From: Candidatus Eiseniibacteriota bacterium
Lineage (GTDB): Bacteria; Eisenbacteria; RBG-16-71-46
Assembly: GCA_963717505.1 (NCBI GenBank)
Contig: OY970342.1
Location: 2,464,001 to 2,528,000, forward strand
Direction of reading: 5' to 3'
Length of the DNA stretch: 64,000 nt
A model generated the notes under the pieces. It saw nothing but the letters and a program-made list of their open reading frames with translations, was not told where the DNA came from and searched no databases. Positions 18,837-29,040 of the stretch are shown one piece after another. The first letter of the stretch is position 1; every line of letters starts with the position of its first letter. The translations under genes and the position numbers were made by a program.

Positions 18837-20042
18837 ATGAGCGACTTCTTCCAGAACGGCGTCATCGCCACGCTCCACCGCCTCGGCCGGCCGAACCCGG
18901 ACGCACTCGAGGAGCGGCTGATCGCACATGCGCGCGTCATGCCCACGGCCCTGGTACTGCCCTGCCTGATCGGTGAGCTGGACGGTCCGGCCCTGGGCCC
19001 GATCGTCGACACGCTGGCGCGCAACCGCTACTTGAGCGAGATCGTCATCGCGCTCGGGCGCGCCGATCGGCGGGACTTCGAGCGCGCTCGCAAGTTCTTC
19101 GAACCGCTCGGATCGCGCGCCATGATCCTGTGGATCGAAGGTCCACGGGTCCAGGAGTTCGTCCGGCAGCTCGACGACAACGAGCTGGACATCGGCGCAC
19201 CCGGCAAGGGGAGGGCGACGTGGCTGTCGATCGGCTGCGTGCTCGGCGGCCGCTGTACCGCCATGGTGCTGCACGACGCCGACATCCTGACCTACGACCG
19301 CAATCTGCTGGCGCGGCTCTGCTACCCGATCATGGATCCCAGCCTCGGGTACGAGTACGTCAAAGGCTACTACAGCCGCGTCACCGATCGGCTGCACGGT
19401 CGCGTGACCCGTCTGTTCCTGACGCCTTTGATTCGAGCCTTGGTCCACGTCATCGGCTCGACCCCGTTCCTGCGCTACATGGACAGCTTCCGTTACGCGC
19501 TGTCCGGCGAGTTCGGCATGACCGTGGACCTGGCCCGCTCGATTCGTTTTCCCGGGGACTGGGGACTCGAGGTCGGCGTGCTCGCCGAGGTCTATCGCAA
19601 CACCGCCATGCGCCGGGTGTGCCAGGTCGACGTGCTCGACAACTACGACCACAAGCACCAATCGCTGTCGCCCGAGGACGAATCCACCGGGCTCAATCGC
19701 ATGACCCGCGACATCGCCAAGTCGCTGCTGCGCACCATCACCATGGAAGGGTTCGCCTGCCCCGAGGGGTTCTATACGGCGCTCAAGGTCACGTATCTGC
19801 GCATGGCCGAGGACGCGGTGCGCACCTATCACGACGACGCGATCGTCAACGGCCTGCAGTTCGACCGGCACTCCGAGACTCTTGCGGTCGAAGTGTTCAC
19901 GCGCTCGCTGTCGCGCGCGTGCGACGAGTTTCGGGAAGCGCCGCTCGCCTATTTCGGTTTGCCCAACTGGAATCGCGTGACGTCGGCGATTCCCGGCGTG
20001 CTCGAGCACTACCGGGGAGCCATCGAAAAGGACAATGCCTAG
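18837..20042 (+). CDS. gpgS: Glucosyl-3-phosphoglycerate synthase (GpgS-type)
   Basis: MSDFFQNGVIATLH, PGKGRATW, LHDADI, KGYYSRV..RLHGRVTRL, RYALSGEF, DWGLEVGVLAEV, YDHKHQ. Confidence 0.82.
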   Translation: MSDFFQNGVIATLHRLGRPNPDALEERLIAHARVMPTALVLPCLIGELDGPALGPIVDTLARNRYLSEIVIALGRADRRDFERARKFFEPLGSRAMILWIEGPRVQEFVRQLDDNELDIGAPGKGRATWLSIGCVLGGRCTAMVLHDADILTYDRNLLARLCYPIMDPSLGYEYVKGYYSRVTDRLHGRVTRLFLTPLIRALVHVIGSTPFLRYMDSFRYALSGEFGMTVDLARSIRFPGDWGLEVGVLAEVYRNTAMRRVCQVDVLDNYDHKHQSLSPEDESTGLNRMTRDIAKSLLRTITMEGFACPEGFYTALKVTYLRMAEDAVRTYHDDAIVNGLQFDRHSETLAVEVFTRSLSRACDEFREAPLAYFGLPNWNRVTSAIPGVLEHYRGAIEKDNA

Positions 20043-20901
20043 CGCCGCAGGGGGGCCGCGCGAACCGCAGGCCAGCCCGCCGTTGATCGTGGTGTTCAGC
20101 GACCTGGACGGCACGCTGCTCGATCACGACACCTACGACGCGGCTCCGGCGCGCCCGGCGCTCGATCGGCTCGCCTCGCTCGGGGCGATCGTCGTGCTCG
20201 CGAGCAGCAAGACTCGCGCAGAAATGGAAGCGTGGCGCGAACGGCTCGGCCTCGGCGGTCCGTTCATCAGCGAGAACGGTGGTGCCCTCTACGTGCCGGC
20301 CGGAGGTGTCGCGGGATCGTGGCCGGGGGCGGAGCGCGAGGGTGACTTGTGGTGCGTCGCGATCGGCACGCCGTACGCCGAACTGCGCCGCGCGCTTCCC
20401 GAGTTGGCCGCCGCGGTCGGCGCCAGGCTCACCGGCTTGGGCGACCTGTCGGTCGCCGAGGTCGCCGCGGCCACCGGGCTCACCCTCGCCGACGCCCTTC
20501 TCGCCCAGCGGCGGGAATGGGACGAGCCGTTCACCAGCGACCGCATGCTCGGCGGCGACGATCTACGCACGCTCGAGCGCGCGGCTCGAGCCCGCGGGCT
20601 CAGCGTGACCCGCGGCGGGCGCTTCCATCACCTGGTGGGACCCTCGAGCAAGGGGGCTGCGGCTCGACGGTTCCTCGCCGGACTCGACACCGGTGGCCGC
20701 CGGGTGCAAACGCTCGGGTTCGGTGACGGGCCGAACGATCTCGAGCTGCTCGAGGTCGTGGAGCGGCCGGTCGTGGTTGCGCGGCCCGACGGTTCACACG
20801 ATCCCGACCTGCGCGCGGCACTTCCCGTCGCGACGTTCACGCGCGCCCCCGGAGCGCGCGGCTTCGCCGAAGCGATTGCCGCGGAACTGCCTCAGGGATA
20901 G
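20035..20901 (+). CDS. gpgP: Glucosyl/mannosyl-3-phosphoglycerate phosphatase (HAD IIB)
   Basis: FSDLDGTLLD, SSKTRAE, FISENGG, RGGRFHH, SKG, GDGPND. Confidence 0.88.
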   Translation: MPSAAGGPREPQASPPLIVVFSDLDGTLLDHDTYDAAPARPALDRLASLGAIVVLASSKTRAEMEAWRERLGLGGPFISENGGALYVPAGGVAGSWPGAEREGDLWCVAIGTPYAELRRALPELAAAVGARLTGLGDLSVAEVAAATGLTLADALLAQRREWDEPFTSDRMLGGDDLRTLERAARARGLSVTRGGRFHHLVGPSSKGAAARRFLAGLDTGGRRVQTLGFGDGPNDLELLEVVERPVVVARPDGSHDPDLRAALPVATFTRAPGARGFAEAIAAELPQG

Positions 20902-22211
20902 ACCAGCACCACCACCAGATCGTTGACGTTGGTGCCGCTGGCTCCCGGGCGCCACGCGTCGCCGAGTTTCGCGAAGAAGGTCGCGGTGTCGTTGTCGGCG
21001 AGGGCGGCGTCGGCGAAGAGACCGAGGGATCGCGCGCGCGCCAACGTGTCGCCGGTCGCCACCGCTCCGGCGCTGTCGCCGCTGCCGTCGATGCCGTCGG
21101 TGGCAAAGCTCAGCACCGCGACTCGATCCAGGCCGGCGATTTCGAGGGCTGAACCCAGCGCCAGTTCGCTGTTCCGCCCGCCGCGGCCCTGGCCGCGGAC
21201 GGTCACCGTGGTTTCGCCGCCGAACACCAGACACGCAGGCGCGGCCAGTGGCACGCCATGCGTGCGCATGGTGCGGGCAACCCCGCCGATCACCCGCCCG
21301 GCCTCGCGCGCCTCGCCGCGCAGGAACAGGCTCGCGATGCGCGCGCGAAACCCGAGCGACTCCGCATGATGGCGCACGGCCTCGACCGCGATCCGGTTCG
21401 ATCCGACCATCACAACGGTCGCCTCGGGGGCCGCCGCGGCCACGTCCTTGCGCGCCGCATCGAGTGCCGACACCAGATCGGGATGGCCGGCCGCGAGGTC
21501 GTAGCGAACCAGCACGGCCCGCGCTTCCTCGGGTCCGGTGGGCGAGGGGACCACCGGGCCCGAGGCGATGGCGGCCGGATCGTCGCCGACCACGTCGGAG
21601 AGGAGGAGCGCAACCACCCGTGCTGGTGCTGCCAGACGCGCGAGCCCGCCCCCCTTGATGCGCGACAGCGCACGCCGCACGGTGTTGAGCTCGTGAATGT
21701 CAGCCCCGGCGTGCTGGAGCGCCTGAGTTCCCGCGCGCAGCCGTTCGAGCTCGATGCCGGGGAGGGGCAGCTCCATCAGTGCCGATCCGCCTCCCGAGAC
21801 CAGCACCAGCACGACGTTCTCGGGCTGTCCGTCGGCCAACATCGCCGCAACCGATCGTCCGGCCTCGAGACTCCCGGCGTCTGGCAAGGGATGGCCGGCG
21901 CCGACCATGCGCACGCGCCCCGTGATTCCTTCGACCTTGGCTCCATGCGGACAGGCGACGAGTCCGGCGGTCACGCGATCGCCGAGGACGTCGAGTGCCG
22001 CGCGTGTCATTCCCGGCGACGCCTTGCCCAGAGCGATCAGCGACAACCGGGCGTCCGGCGTCAGCTCGATGCTCGCGCCTCCGGCACCGAGCACGCGGCC
22101 GTCCCAGGTCAGGTGGCGGCGCACCGCCGCTGCGGGATCGGCGGCGTCGAGGGCCGCGCGATGTAGCGCTTCCAGGTGTTGGGGGAGTGAGGACCAGGCG
22201 GGATCCGACAT
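20892..22211 (-). CDS. Glycerate kinase, MOFRL family (DUF4147 + MOFRL)
   Basis: GKAS, AGHPLPD, SGGGSAL, IKGGGLA, SDVVGDD..IASGP, GGETTV, GGRNSE, TDGIDG, GTNVND. Confidence 0.92.
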   Translation of the reverse strand: MSDPAWSSLPQHLEALHRAALDAADPAAAVRRHLTWDGRVLGAGGASIELTPDARLSLIALGKASPGMTRAALDVLGDRVTAGLVACPHGAKVEGITGRVRMVGAGHPLPDAGSLEAGRSVAAMLADGQPENVVLVLVSGGGSALMELPLPGIELERLRAGTQALQHAGADIHELNTVRRALSRIKGGGLARLAAPARVVALLLSDVVGDDPAAIASGPVVPSPTGPEEARAVLVRYDLAAGHPDLVSALDAARKDVAAAAPEATVVMVGSNRIAVEAVRHHAESLGFRARIASLFLRGEAREAGRVIGGVARTMRTHGVPLAAPACLVFGGETTVTVRGQGRGGRNSELALGSALEIAGLDRVAVLSFATDGIDGSGDSAGAVATGDTLARARSLGLFADAALADNDTATFFAKLGDAWRPGASGTNVNDLVVVLVYP

Positions 22212-22318
22212 TCCGCGCAGCCTAGCACGGTCGTGGACGATGACCGCGCGTGTCGACCGGCCGCGCGTGATCCGGTGTTTCCACGTCCGTGATATTCTCC
22301 ACCGTTCAGGTTTCCCCT

Positions 22319-23941
22319 ATGACCCTTCATCTCTCCGGCACCGTCAACGGCGAATTCCAGAGCTGGGTCCTCGATCGGCCCCGCATGGCGATCGGCCGTG
22401 CCTCAAAGAACGACATCCAGCTCGCGGACGCCACGATCTCCAAGGAACACGCAGAGATCCTGGTCGAGAACGGGCGGGTTCGGATCCGCGACCTGGGGAG
22501 CCGAAACGGCACCCGGGTGAACGGGGCGGACGCGAAAGCGGCGCTGCCGATCCAAGCCGGCGACCGGGTCGAGATCGGCCACCTGGCGATGGCGGTTTCG
22601 GTCGACGCTCCGAGCCGGCCGCTGTCGCTCAATGACCGCACGGTGCTCGGCTCCTCGCACCGCATCCATCTCGATCACGTGCTCGAACGGCGCACCCAGA
22701 ACTCGGCGAGCGCTCGCACGATCGTGCAGCTCCTGGCCGAGGCCGGGCAGGTGCTGGTGCTGCCGCGGCCGCTCAAGGAGACCTGCGAGCAGATCCTCGA
22801 GATCGCAGCCAGGGCGGTGCCGGCGTCGCGCTACGTGGTGTTGTTCGGCAGCGAGCCCGACGCCGACCCGGTGCAGATCGCCGCGCGTATGGCCGAAGGG
22901 ATGACCGACAAGCCCCTGATCCTGTCGCGCTCGATCATGAGGGCGGTGCTCGATGAGTGCACGTCGGTGTTGACTGCCGACGCCGCGTCGGACATCCGCT
23001 TCGCGGGGCAGGAGAGCATCATCGCGCAGGCTGTCCACTCCGCGATGGCGGTGCCCCTGTTCGACAACGAACGGGTCCTCGGGCTGATCTACGTCGACCG
23101 ACAGGATCGGAGCGGACCGTTCGATCACGAGCAGCTCGAGCTGCTCACGCTGCTCGCCAACATGGCGGCGGTCAAGATCCGGAACGCGCAACTGCTCGAC
23201 GCCGAGCGCGCCTCACAGCAAATGGCGCAGCAGCTCGAGACCGCGGCGTCGATTCAGCGCGGATTGCTGCCGGGCGCCCCGCCGTCGGTGGATGGCTGGG
23301 AGTTCGACGCGTTTCTCGAATCCTGCTACGCGGTGGGCGGCGATCTCTACGACTTCTACCGGCATCCGGACGGCCGGCTGGTGTTCCTGGTCGGCGACGT
23401 GTCGGGCAAGGGGCTCGGGGCTGCACTCCTCATGTCGTCGCTGATCTCGGCGGCTCGGGTGCTCTACCCGACCTGCGACAGCGTCTCCGAGCTGGCGAAC
23501 CAGATGTCGGCCGCGGTGTTCCGGAGCAGCGATCCCGGACGCTTCGTGACCGGTGTCGTGGGCTGCCTCGATCCCGCGAGCGGCTCGCTCCACTACGTCA
23601 ATGCCGGACATCCGCCGCCGTGCATCGTTTCGCGCGGTGAGATCACCGAGCTGGCAGCGACCGGCGTCCCGTTCGGGGTGCTGCCCGGATTTCGCTACGA
23701 AGTGCGTGACGCCACGATGTCCCCCGGGGATCTGCTCGCGGTGTTCAGCGACGGCATCCCCGAAGCGCAGCGCGGCGAGGAATTCTTCGACGAAGCGCGA
23801 GTCCACGAAGCCCTGCGCGAGGCGGCACTGGCGCCCGACCTGGCAACGGCGCGCCGCGCCCTGGTCGCGCGCGTGGACGCATTCGCCTCGGGCGCCGGAC
23901 GCGGCGACGACCTGACCTTGTTCCTGGCGCGGCGCAAGTGA
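22319..23941 (+). CDS. FHA-GAF-PP2C (SpoIIE/RsbU-type) phosphatase
   Basis: FHA (IGR, ISKEHA, DLGSRNGT), GAF (SAMAVPL, LGLIYVD), SpoIIE (VGGDLYD, GDVSGKG, NAGHPP, SDG, DDLT). Confidence 0.9.
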   Translation: MTLHLSGTVNGEFQSWVLDRPRMAIGRASKNDIQLADATISKEHAEILVENGRVRIRDLGSRNGTRVNGADAKAALPIQAGDRVEIGHLAMAVSVDAPSRPLSLNDRTVLGSSHRIHLDHVLERRTQNSASARTIVQLLAEAGQVLVLPRPLKETCEQILEIAARAVPASRYVVLFGSEPDADPVQIAARMAEGMTDKPLILSRSIMRAVLDECTSVLTADAASDIRFAGQESIIAQAVHSAMAVPLFDNERVLGLIYVDRQDRSGPFDHEQLELLTLLANMAAVKIRNAQLLDAERASQQMAQQLETAASIQRGLLPGAPPSVDGWEFDAFLESCYAVGGDLYDFYRHPDGRLVFLVGDVSGKGLGAALLMSSLISAARVLYPTCDSVSELANQMSAAVFRSSDPGRFVTGVVGCLDPASGSLHYVNAGHPPPCIVSRGEITELAATGVPFGVLPGFRYEVRDATMSPGDLLAVFSDGIPEAQRGEEFFDEARVHEALREAALAPDLATARRALVARVDAFASGAGRGDDLTLFLARRK

Positions 23942-26900
23942 AGGCAGCGACCCCGCGGCCGCGCACCCCCACGATCCCGGCCTGGGGTGCCTGGTGTTTC
24001 CTGGCCTCCGGTGCCGCGGCGCTGATCTACGAAGTCGTGTGGTTCAAGCAGCTCTCGTATCTGCTCGGGAACTCGTTGCACGCGGTGGCGACCGTGGTCG
24101 CGGCGTTCCTGGCCGGGCTGGCACTCGGCGCGCGCTTTCTGGGGACACCGCTCGCCCGGCGCGGCGAGGGTGCGAGGATGTACGGGTTGCTCGAGCTGGG
24201 AGTCGGACTGATCGGCTTGGTCTCCATGCCCGGACTGCGCGCGCTCGATCCGGTGATCGGCACGCTGTATCAAAGCCTGGGGGGCGAAGGCACCGCGTTC
24301 GGGTTTGCCCGACTCGGCCTGATGTTCGTGCTGCTGGTGCCGCCCGCGGCCCTGATGGGCGCCACCCTGCCGGTGCTGGTCGCTCATTTCGAACGCGGCA
24401 AGCTCGGCCCCGGGCTCGCGCGGCTCTATGCGATCAACACGTTCGGAGCCGTGGTCGGCTCGGTCACGGGCGGCTTCCTGCTGCTGCCCAATCTGGGACT
24501 GCTGGCGACGACCTGGGTCGCCGCAGGACTCAACTTCCTGGTCGCGCTGGTGTCGTGGCGCGCGGCGGGTCCGCGTGCCGCGCCTGTGGCACGCGAGGCC
24601 GCGCGCGAAGCCGAGGTGCCTCCGATGATCGAGGGCGCCATCACCGGAGGCGCGCGTGCCGTTTTCGCCTTTGCATTTGCGCTCTCCGGGTTCGCGGCAC
24701 TCGCGTTCCAGATCGCGTGGGTCCGTCTGTTCAGCCTGACCTTCGGCTCTTCCGTCTACTCGTTCGCCGCGGTGCTCGGCATCTACCTCACCGGACTGGC
24801 CCTCGGCGCCGCCGCCGCCTCTGGTCTGCTGCGTCGTGGCGTGCGGCTCGCCGATTTCGCACGCCTCGAGCTGGCGCTCGCCGTGCTCGCCGCGCTCATG
24901 TTGCAAGCGTTCCAGCTCCTGCCGCAGTGGATGTACGAGCTGGTCGAGCGCTCGGGCACCAACTGGGGTGCGGTGATGATCGGCGAGATGATGCTGGTCG
25001 CCGCCCTGATCCTGGTGCCGTGCGCCCTGCTCGGGGCGGTGTTCCCGGTGGCGACGCGGCTGCTGCAGGTGCGCGACGGCGGCCACGCCGCGGGTCTCGC
25101 CTACGCGGTGAACACGGCGGGGACGATCGCCGGCTCGCTGGTCGCCGGCTTCGTGCTGGTCCCGACGTTCGGCGTCCAGGGGACGCATCTGACTGCGGTG
25201 GCGGTCACGATGGTGACCGGGCTGGTCGTCCTCGGGCTCGCCCGGATGCGCCGCGAATCCACCGGGGCTGTCGACCTGGCCTGGGGCGCGAGCGCGGTGG
25301 TGGTGGCCGGGGCCCTGGCGTTCATGGCCCCGCGCTGGGATCCGGCGCTCATGTCCGCCGGACTCTTTCGTCCCATCCAGGCGCGCACGGTTTCGACCCT
25401 CGCCCGCCAGGCGCCGCAGGAGGCGCGCGCCGTGTGGCGCGCCACGCGCGACGAGCGGGTCCTGTTCTACCGCGACGGAATCAACGGCTCGGTGCTGGTT
25501 GCGACCGATCCGATGGAGAGTGCGCGCTGGCTGCGGGTCGGCGGCAAGGTCGACGCCAGCACCAACGACATGGAAACGCAGGTGCTGATCGGACTGATTC
25601 CCGCGATGCTCGCCGATTCCGGCGCCCGCACGCTGGTGATCGGCCATGGCTCCGGAATCACGGCCGCGGCCGTGCTCGCGGGTGGGGCGGGCCCGACCGA
25701 GATCATCGAGATCGAGCCGCACGTGATCGAGGCGTCGCGCTTCTTTCACGCGCCGGGCGAAGATCCGCTCGACGATCCGCGCGTGAAGGTGATCCTCGGC
25801 GACGCGCGAACCCATCTCCTTCACGCCGGCCGACGCTACGACGTCATCGTTTCGGAGCCGACCAATCCCTGGATCAGCGGCGTGAACAGCCTGTTCACGG
25901 TGGATTTCTATCGGCGCGTGCGCGACCGACTGGAACCCGGCGGTGTCTTCGGCCAGTGGATGCAGCTCTACGAGCTGTCGCCCGAGACCTTCCGCTCCTT
26001 GGTGGCGTCGCTGATCGAGGTGTTTCCCGAAGGCCAGGTGTTCGCGGTCTGGCGCGCGGTGGACGTCTTGTTCGTGGTGGTTCCTCCCGATCGCCGCCTG
26101 GCGGTCGAGCGACTCGACACGCCCGCGGGAGCGCGAATGCTCGAACGTGCACAGATCCCTTCGGTGGATGCCCTCGCCGCCTACTACGCCGGGCCGTTCG
26201 CAGCCATGCGCTCGAGTATTCGCCAGGCCACGCTCAACCGGGACGATCGACCGTACGTCGAGTATCGAGCGCCACGCGACGTGATCGAAGTCGGCCGCGC
26301 CGCACTGTTTGGCGATCCCCAGGTGATGGCGCTCCTGCCTTTCGCCGAGGGGCCGCCCGAAGGCCCGCTGTTCGCCGCATGGCCGGCGGATCGCTGGTAC
26401 GAGGCACGCGCGCACTTTCTCGCCCAGCAGGGCGACGTGACCCGGGCGATGATGACGGTGCGTTATGCGCGCGAGGCGGGCTTTCCTGAATCGGCGGATC
26501 GACTGAAGGTCGAAGTCGAGGCCCTCGAGCGTCGTCGACAAAGCGCGGAGGCGTTCGACCGGTCGCGGATGCTCTCCCAGTCCAACCCCACTGAGGCGCT
26601 GGCCGCGCTCGAGACCGCGGTCGAGATCGATCCCACCCACATTCGGGCGTGGCTGGTGCTCGGGGACAAGCGCCGCCAGGCGGGGGACCTGGATGGCGCC
26701 GAAGCCGCGCTGGCCCAGGCCGGCCACAGCAAGGATCCCGGGATTCTGGCCGAGGTGGCGATCATCGGCGGTCTGATCGAGATCGCCCGCGGGCATCCGT
26801 CGATCGCAGCCGAACGATTCCGCGAGGCGCAGCGACTGACGCCGGATCGCGCAAAACCCTACGCGCTCGAGGCGCGAGCGCGGTACGCATCCGGCGATGC

Positions 26901-26997
26901 TGCCGGGGCCGCGGACGCGCTCCAGCGCGGACTGGCTGCGGTCCCGAACGACCCGGAACTGGTGGCGACCCAAAAGGAGATGTCGCGGCAGCGTTGA
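23938..26997 (+). CDS. Multi-TM (MFS-like) / spermidine-synthase-like / TPR fusion protein
   Basis: Two repeats SG.AAL..E/QI.W...GN/SS and LYA.NT.G; SAM-binding IGHGSG, EIEP, GDAR, YDVIVSEP.NPW; C-terminal TPRs. Confidence 0.85.
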   Translation: MKAATPRPRTPTIPAWGAWCFLASGAAALIYEVVWFKQLSYLLGNSLHAVATVVAAFLAGLALGARFLGTPLARRGEGARMYGLLELGVGLIGLVSMPGLRALDPVIGTLYQSLGGEGTAFGFARLGLMFVLLVPPAALMGATLPVLVAHFERGKLGPGLARLYAINTFGAVVGSVTGGFLLLPNLGLLATTWVAAGLNFLVALVSWRAAGPRAAPVAREAAREAEVPPMIEGAITGGARAVFAFAFALSGFAALAFQIAWVRLFSLTFGSSVYSFAAVLGIYLTGLALGAAAASGLLRRGVRLADFARLELALAVLAALMLQAFQLLPQWMYELVERSGTNWGAVMIGEMMLVAALILVPCALLGAVFPVATRLLQVRDGGHAAGLAYAVNTAGTIAGSLVAGFVLVPTFGVQGTHLTAVAVTMVTGLVVLGLARMRRESTGAVDLAWGASAVVVAGALAFMAPRWDPALMSAGLFRPIQARTVSTLARQAPQEARAVWRATRDERVLFYRDGINGSVLVATDPMESARWLRVGGKVDASTNDMETQVLIGLIPAMLADSGARTLVIGHGSGITAAAVLAGGAGPTEIIEIEPHVIEASRFFHAPGEDPLDDPRVKVILGDARTHLLHAGRRYDVIVSEPTNPWISGVNSLFTVDFYRRVRDRLEPGGVFGQWMQLYELSPETFRSLVASLIEVFPEGQVFAVWRAVDVLFVVVPPDRRLAVERLDTPAGARMLERAQIPSVDALAAYYAGPFAAMRSSIRQATLNRDDRPYVEYRAPRDVIEVGRAALFGDPQVMALLPFAEGPPEGPLFAAWPADRWYEARAHFLAQQGDVTRAMMTVRYAREAGFPESADRLKVEVEALERRRQSAEAFDRSRMLSQSNPTEALAALETAVEIDPTHIRAWLVLGDKRRQAGDLDGAEAALAQAGHSKDPGILAEVAIIGGLIEIARGHPSIAAERFREAQRLTPDRAKPYALEARARYASGDAAGAADALQRGLAAVPNDPELVATQKEMSRQR

Positions 26998-27073
26998 GGT
27001 AGTGCTTGAGCGGGGTTCAGCCGGAGCGTACGCTGATGGAGTTCCGATCTCTCCGGCCGCGAGGTCGTCCGAC

Positions 27074-27982
27074 ATGCCGAACCCGACGCAGCCCATTTCG
27101 CCCATCTCCGGCGCCGAAACGCCCCCGGTGACGCCCCGTGCGGTCACCGTCGAGGTCGCGGCGTTGACCGACCGCGGCCGTGTCCGTGAACGCAACGAAG
27201 ATGCGTTCGTCATCTATCGCCTGCGCCGGCTGCTCGAGCAGGTCGAGAGCAGCATCCAGGGGCCGGGCCTGCTCGAGCGACACGAGGATGCCGGCTACCT
27301 GATGATCGTGGCCGACGGCATGGGCGGGCACGCGGGCGGCGAAGTCGCCAGCCGTGAAGCGTTGACCGCAATCATCCAGTTGACGGTCCAGGCTCCCAAG
27401 TGGGTGCTGCGCTTCGACGACCCGGCCACCCGTGAACGTGAGATCGCGGAAGTGTTCAGCCGCGGCCGCGAACGCCTGGCCCGCGTGCACCAGCTCCTGC
27501 GTGAGCAGGCCGCGGCCGATCCCGAGCTGGCCGAGATGGGCACCACCCTCACCGGCGCGTACACCGCCGGGACCGATCTGTTCGTGCTGCACATCGGCGA
27601 TTCCAAGGCCTTCCTGCTGCGGAACGGCGTGCTGTCGCCGATCACCCGCGACCACACCATGGCCCAGGAGTACGCCGACCTCGGGCTGATCTCGCAGGAG
27701 GAGGTCGGCACCCATGCGATGAAGCACGTCCTGACCCGCGCGATCGGCGGTCCCGAGGACCAGATAGCCGTGGATATGCAGCATCGCGCGCTCCAGAACG
27801 GCGACCGCGTGCTGCTCTGCTCCGACGGTCTCACCGACATGGTGGATCGCGACGAAGTCGCGCGCCTGCTCCAAGCCCACCCCGGGAGCGCCGAGGCCTG
27901 CCGCGCGTTGATCGATCGAGCCCTCGAGCGCGGCGGTCGCGACAACGTGACGGTGATCGTCGCGCGTTTCACGGTGGCGTGA
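27074..27982 (+). CDS. PP2C-family Ser/Thr protein phosphatase
   Basis: TDRGRVRERNED, VADGMGGHAGGEVAS, MGTT, HIGDS, TRDHT, LTRAIG, CSDGL, GGRDNVT. Confidence 0.93.
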   Translation: MPNPTQPISPISGAETPPVTPRAVTVEVAALTDRGRVRERNEDAFVIYRLRRLLEQVESSIQGPGLLERHEDAGYLMIVADGMGGHAGGEVASREALTAIIQLTVQAPKWVLRFDDPATREREIAEVFSRGRERLARVHQLLREQAAADPELAEMGTTLTGAYTAGTDLFVLHIGDSKAFLLRNGVLSPITRDHTMAQEYADLGLISQEEVGTHAMKHVLTRAIGGPEDQIAVDMQHRALQNGDRVLLCSDGLTDMVDRDEVARLLQAHPGSAEACRALIDRALERGGRDNVTVIVARFTVA

Positions 27983-29040
27983 CGCGGCCGCGGGCCAGGC
28001 CCCCGTGGTTGGGGCCGGTTCTGGCGGCGGGAGCACTCGCCACTCTTCTGGTTCTCATCCTCGAAGTTTCCGGCGATCCGGTGCGCGGGCTCGAACGCCG
28101 CGCGCGCCCGGTGATTACGGTGTTGCGCGACGACGCCCCCGATCTGGGTCCTCGAGTCGAACGCTGGCGCATCGTGCTCGCCGGAGGCGACACCGTGCGG
28201 GCCCTTTGGCGGCGCGCCCCGGACCACGTGATGCGGCCGTGGACGGTCGTGCTCATGGGCGGATTGCACACCGGGGATCGCGCGGCACTGGTGTTGCCCG
28301 ACGACACGCCGGCCAACGCGCTCGCGGTCGACTGGCCGTGGCGCGGTCCGCGCAAGATGAGCGTGATGCGCTTCGTGTTCAGCCTGCCGGCGATCCGCGA
28401 GGCACTTCTGTGTTCGCCCGCGGCCATGGCTTCGGGGCTCGAGGCGGTTGCCCGAAGCGGGGAAGTGGATACGAGTCGTATCGTGGCCCTGGGCGCGAGC
28501 ATGGGTGCGCCGGTCGCGCTGGCCGCGCTGCGCGTGTCGAACGATGCCCGAGCACTGGTCCTGATCGACGGCGGCGCGGGCCTGGACGTTCTGCTGCGGG
28601 CGGAAGCGGCTCGCTACTTGCCCGCGTGGGTGGCCGCGTGGGCGGGGCCGCTGGCCGCGTGGCTGGTCCGGCCGCTCGAGCCGGCGCTCCATGCGCCGGT
28701 GGCGCGCACACTGCCGACGCTGTTGATCAATGCGCGCGCCGATGAGCGTCTGCCGCCAGGCGTCATCGAGCGGCTGCACGCGGCACTGCCGAATGCCGAG
28801 GTGCGGTGGCGGGAGTCGCAGCACATTCGTCCGGATCGGTCGGAGATGATTCGGGAGATGACGGCGGGAATCGTGTCCTGGCTCGATGGGGTCACGGCGC
28901 GTGCCTCGTCCAACCTCATGCCGCCCCGCGCCGCAGGATTCGCGAGTCAGCACGCGCCGCTTGATCCTGCTGCGCTAAGACCCGCTTCGCTCCGGGGTAC
29001 GCGAGCGGCCCTGCCCGAGCAGCGCCCCAAACCCTTTTGA
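27979..29040 (+). CDS. Alpha/beta hydrolase with N-terminal membrane anchor
   Basis: RIVALGASMG nucleophile elbow, LLINA..DE and late His (ESQH). The C-terminus overlaps tyrA by 66 bp, so the true end is uncertain. Confidence 0.65.
   Translation: MTRPRARPPWLGPVLAAGALATLLVLILEVSGDPVRGLERRARPVITVLRDDAPDLGPRVERWRIVLAGGDTVRALWRRAPDHVMRPWTVVLMGGLHTGDRAALVLPDDTPANALAVDWPWRGPRKMSVMRFVFSLPAIREALLCSPAAMASGLEAVARSGEVDTSRIVALGASMGAPVALAALRVSNDARALVLIDGGAGLDVLLRAEAARYLPAWVAAWAGPLAAWLVRPLEPALHAPVARTLPTLLINARADERLPPGVIERLHAALPNAEVRWRESQHIRPDRSEMIREMTAGIVSWLDGVTARASSNLMPPRAAGFASQHAPLDPAALRPASLRGTRAALPEQRPKPF

Noticed and set aside
23695-27213. Long minus-strand ORF (1172 aa), likewise 54942..57689 (915 aa), 36701..38737 and 9404..11347
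   Set aside because: Antisense shadows of real genes caused by high-GC codon bias; no motifs.
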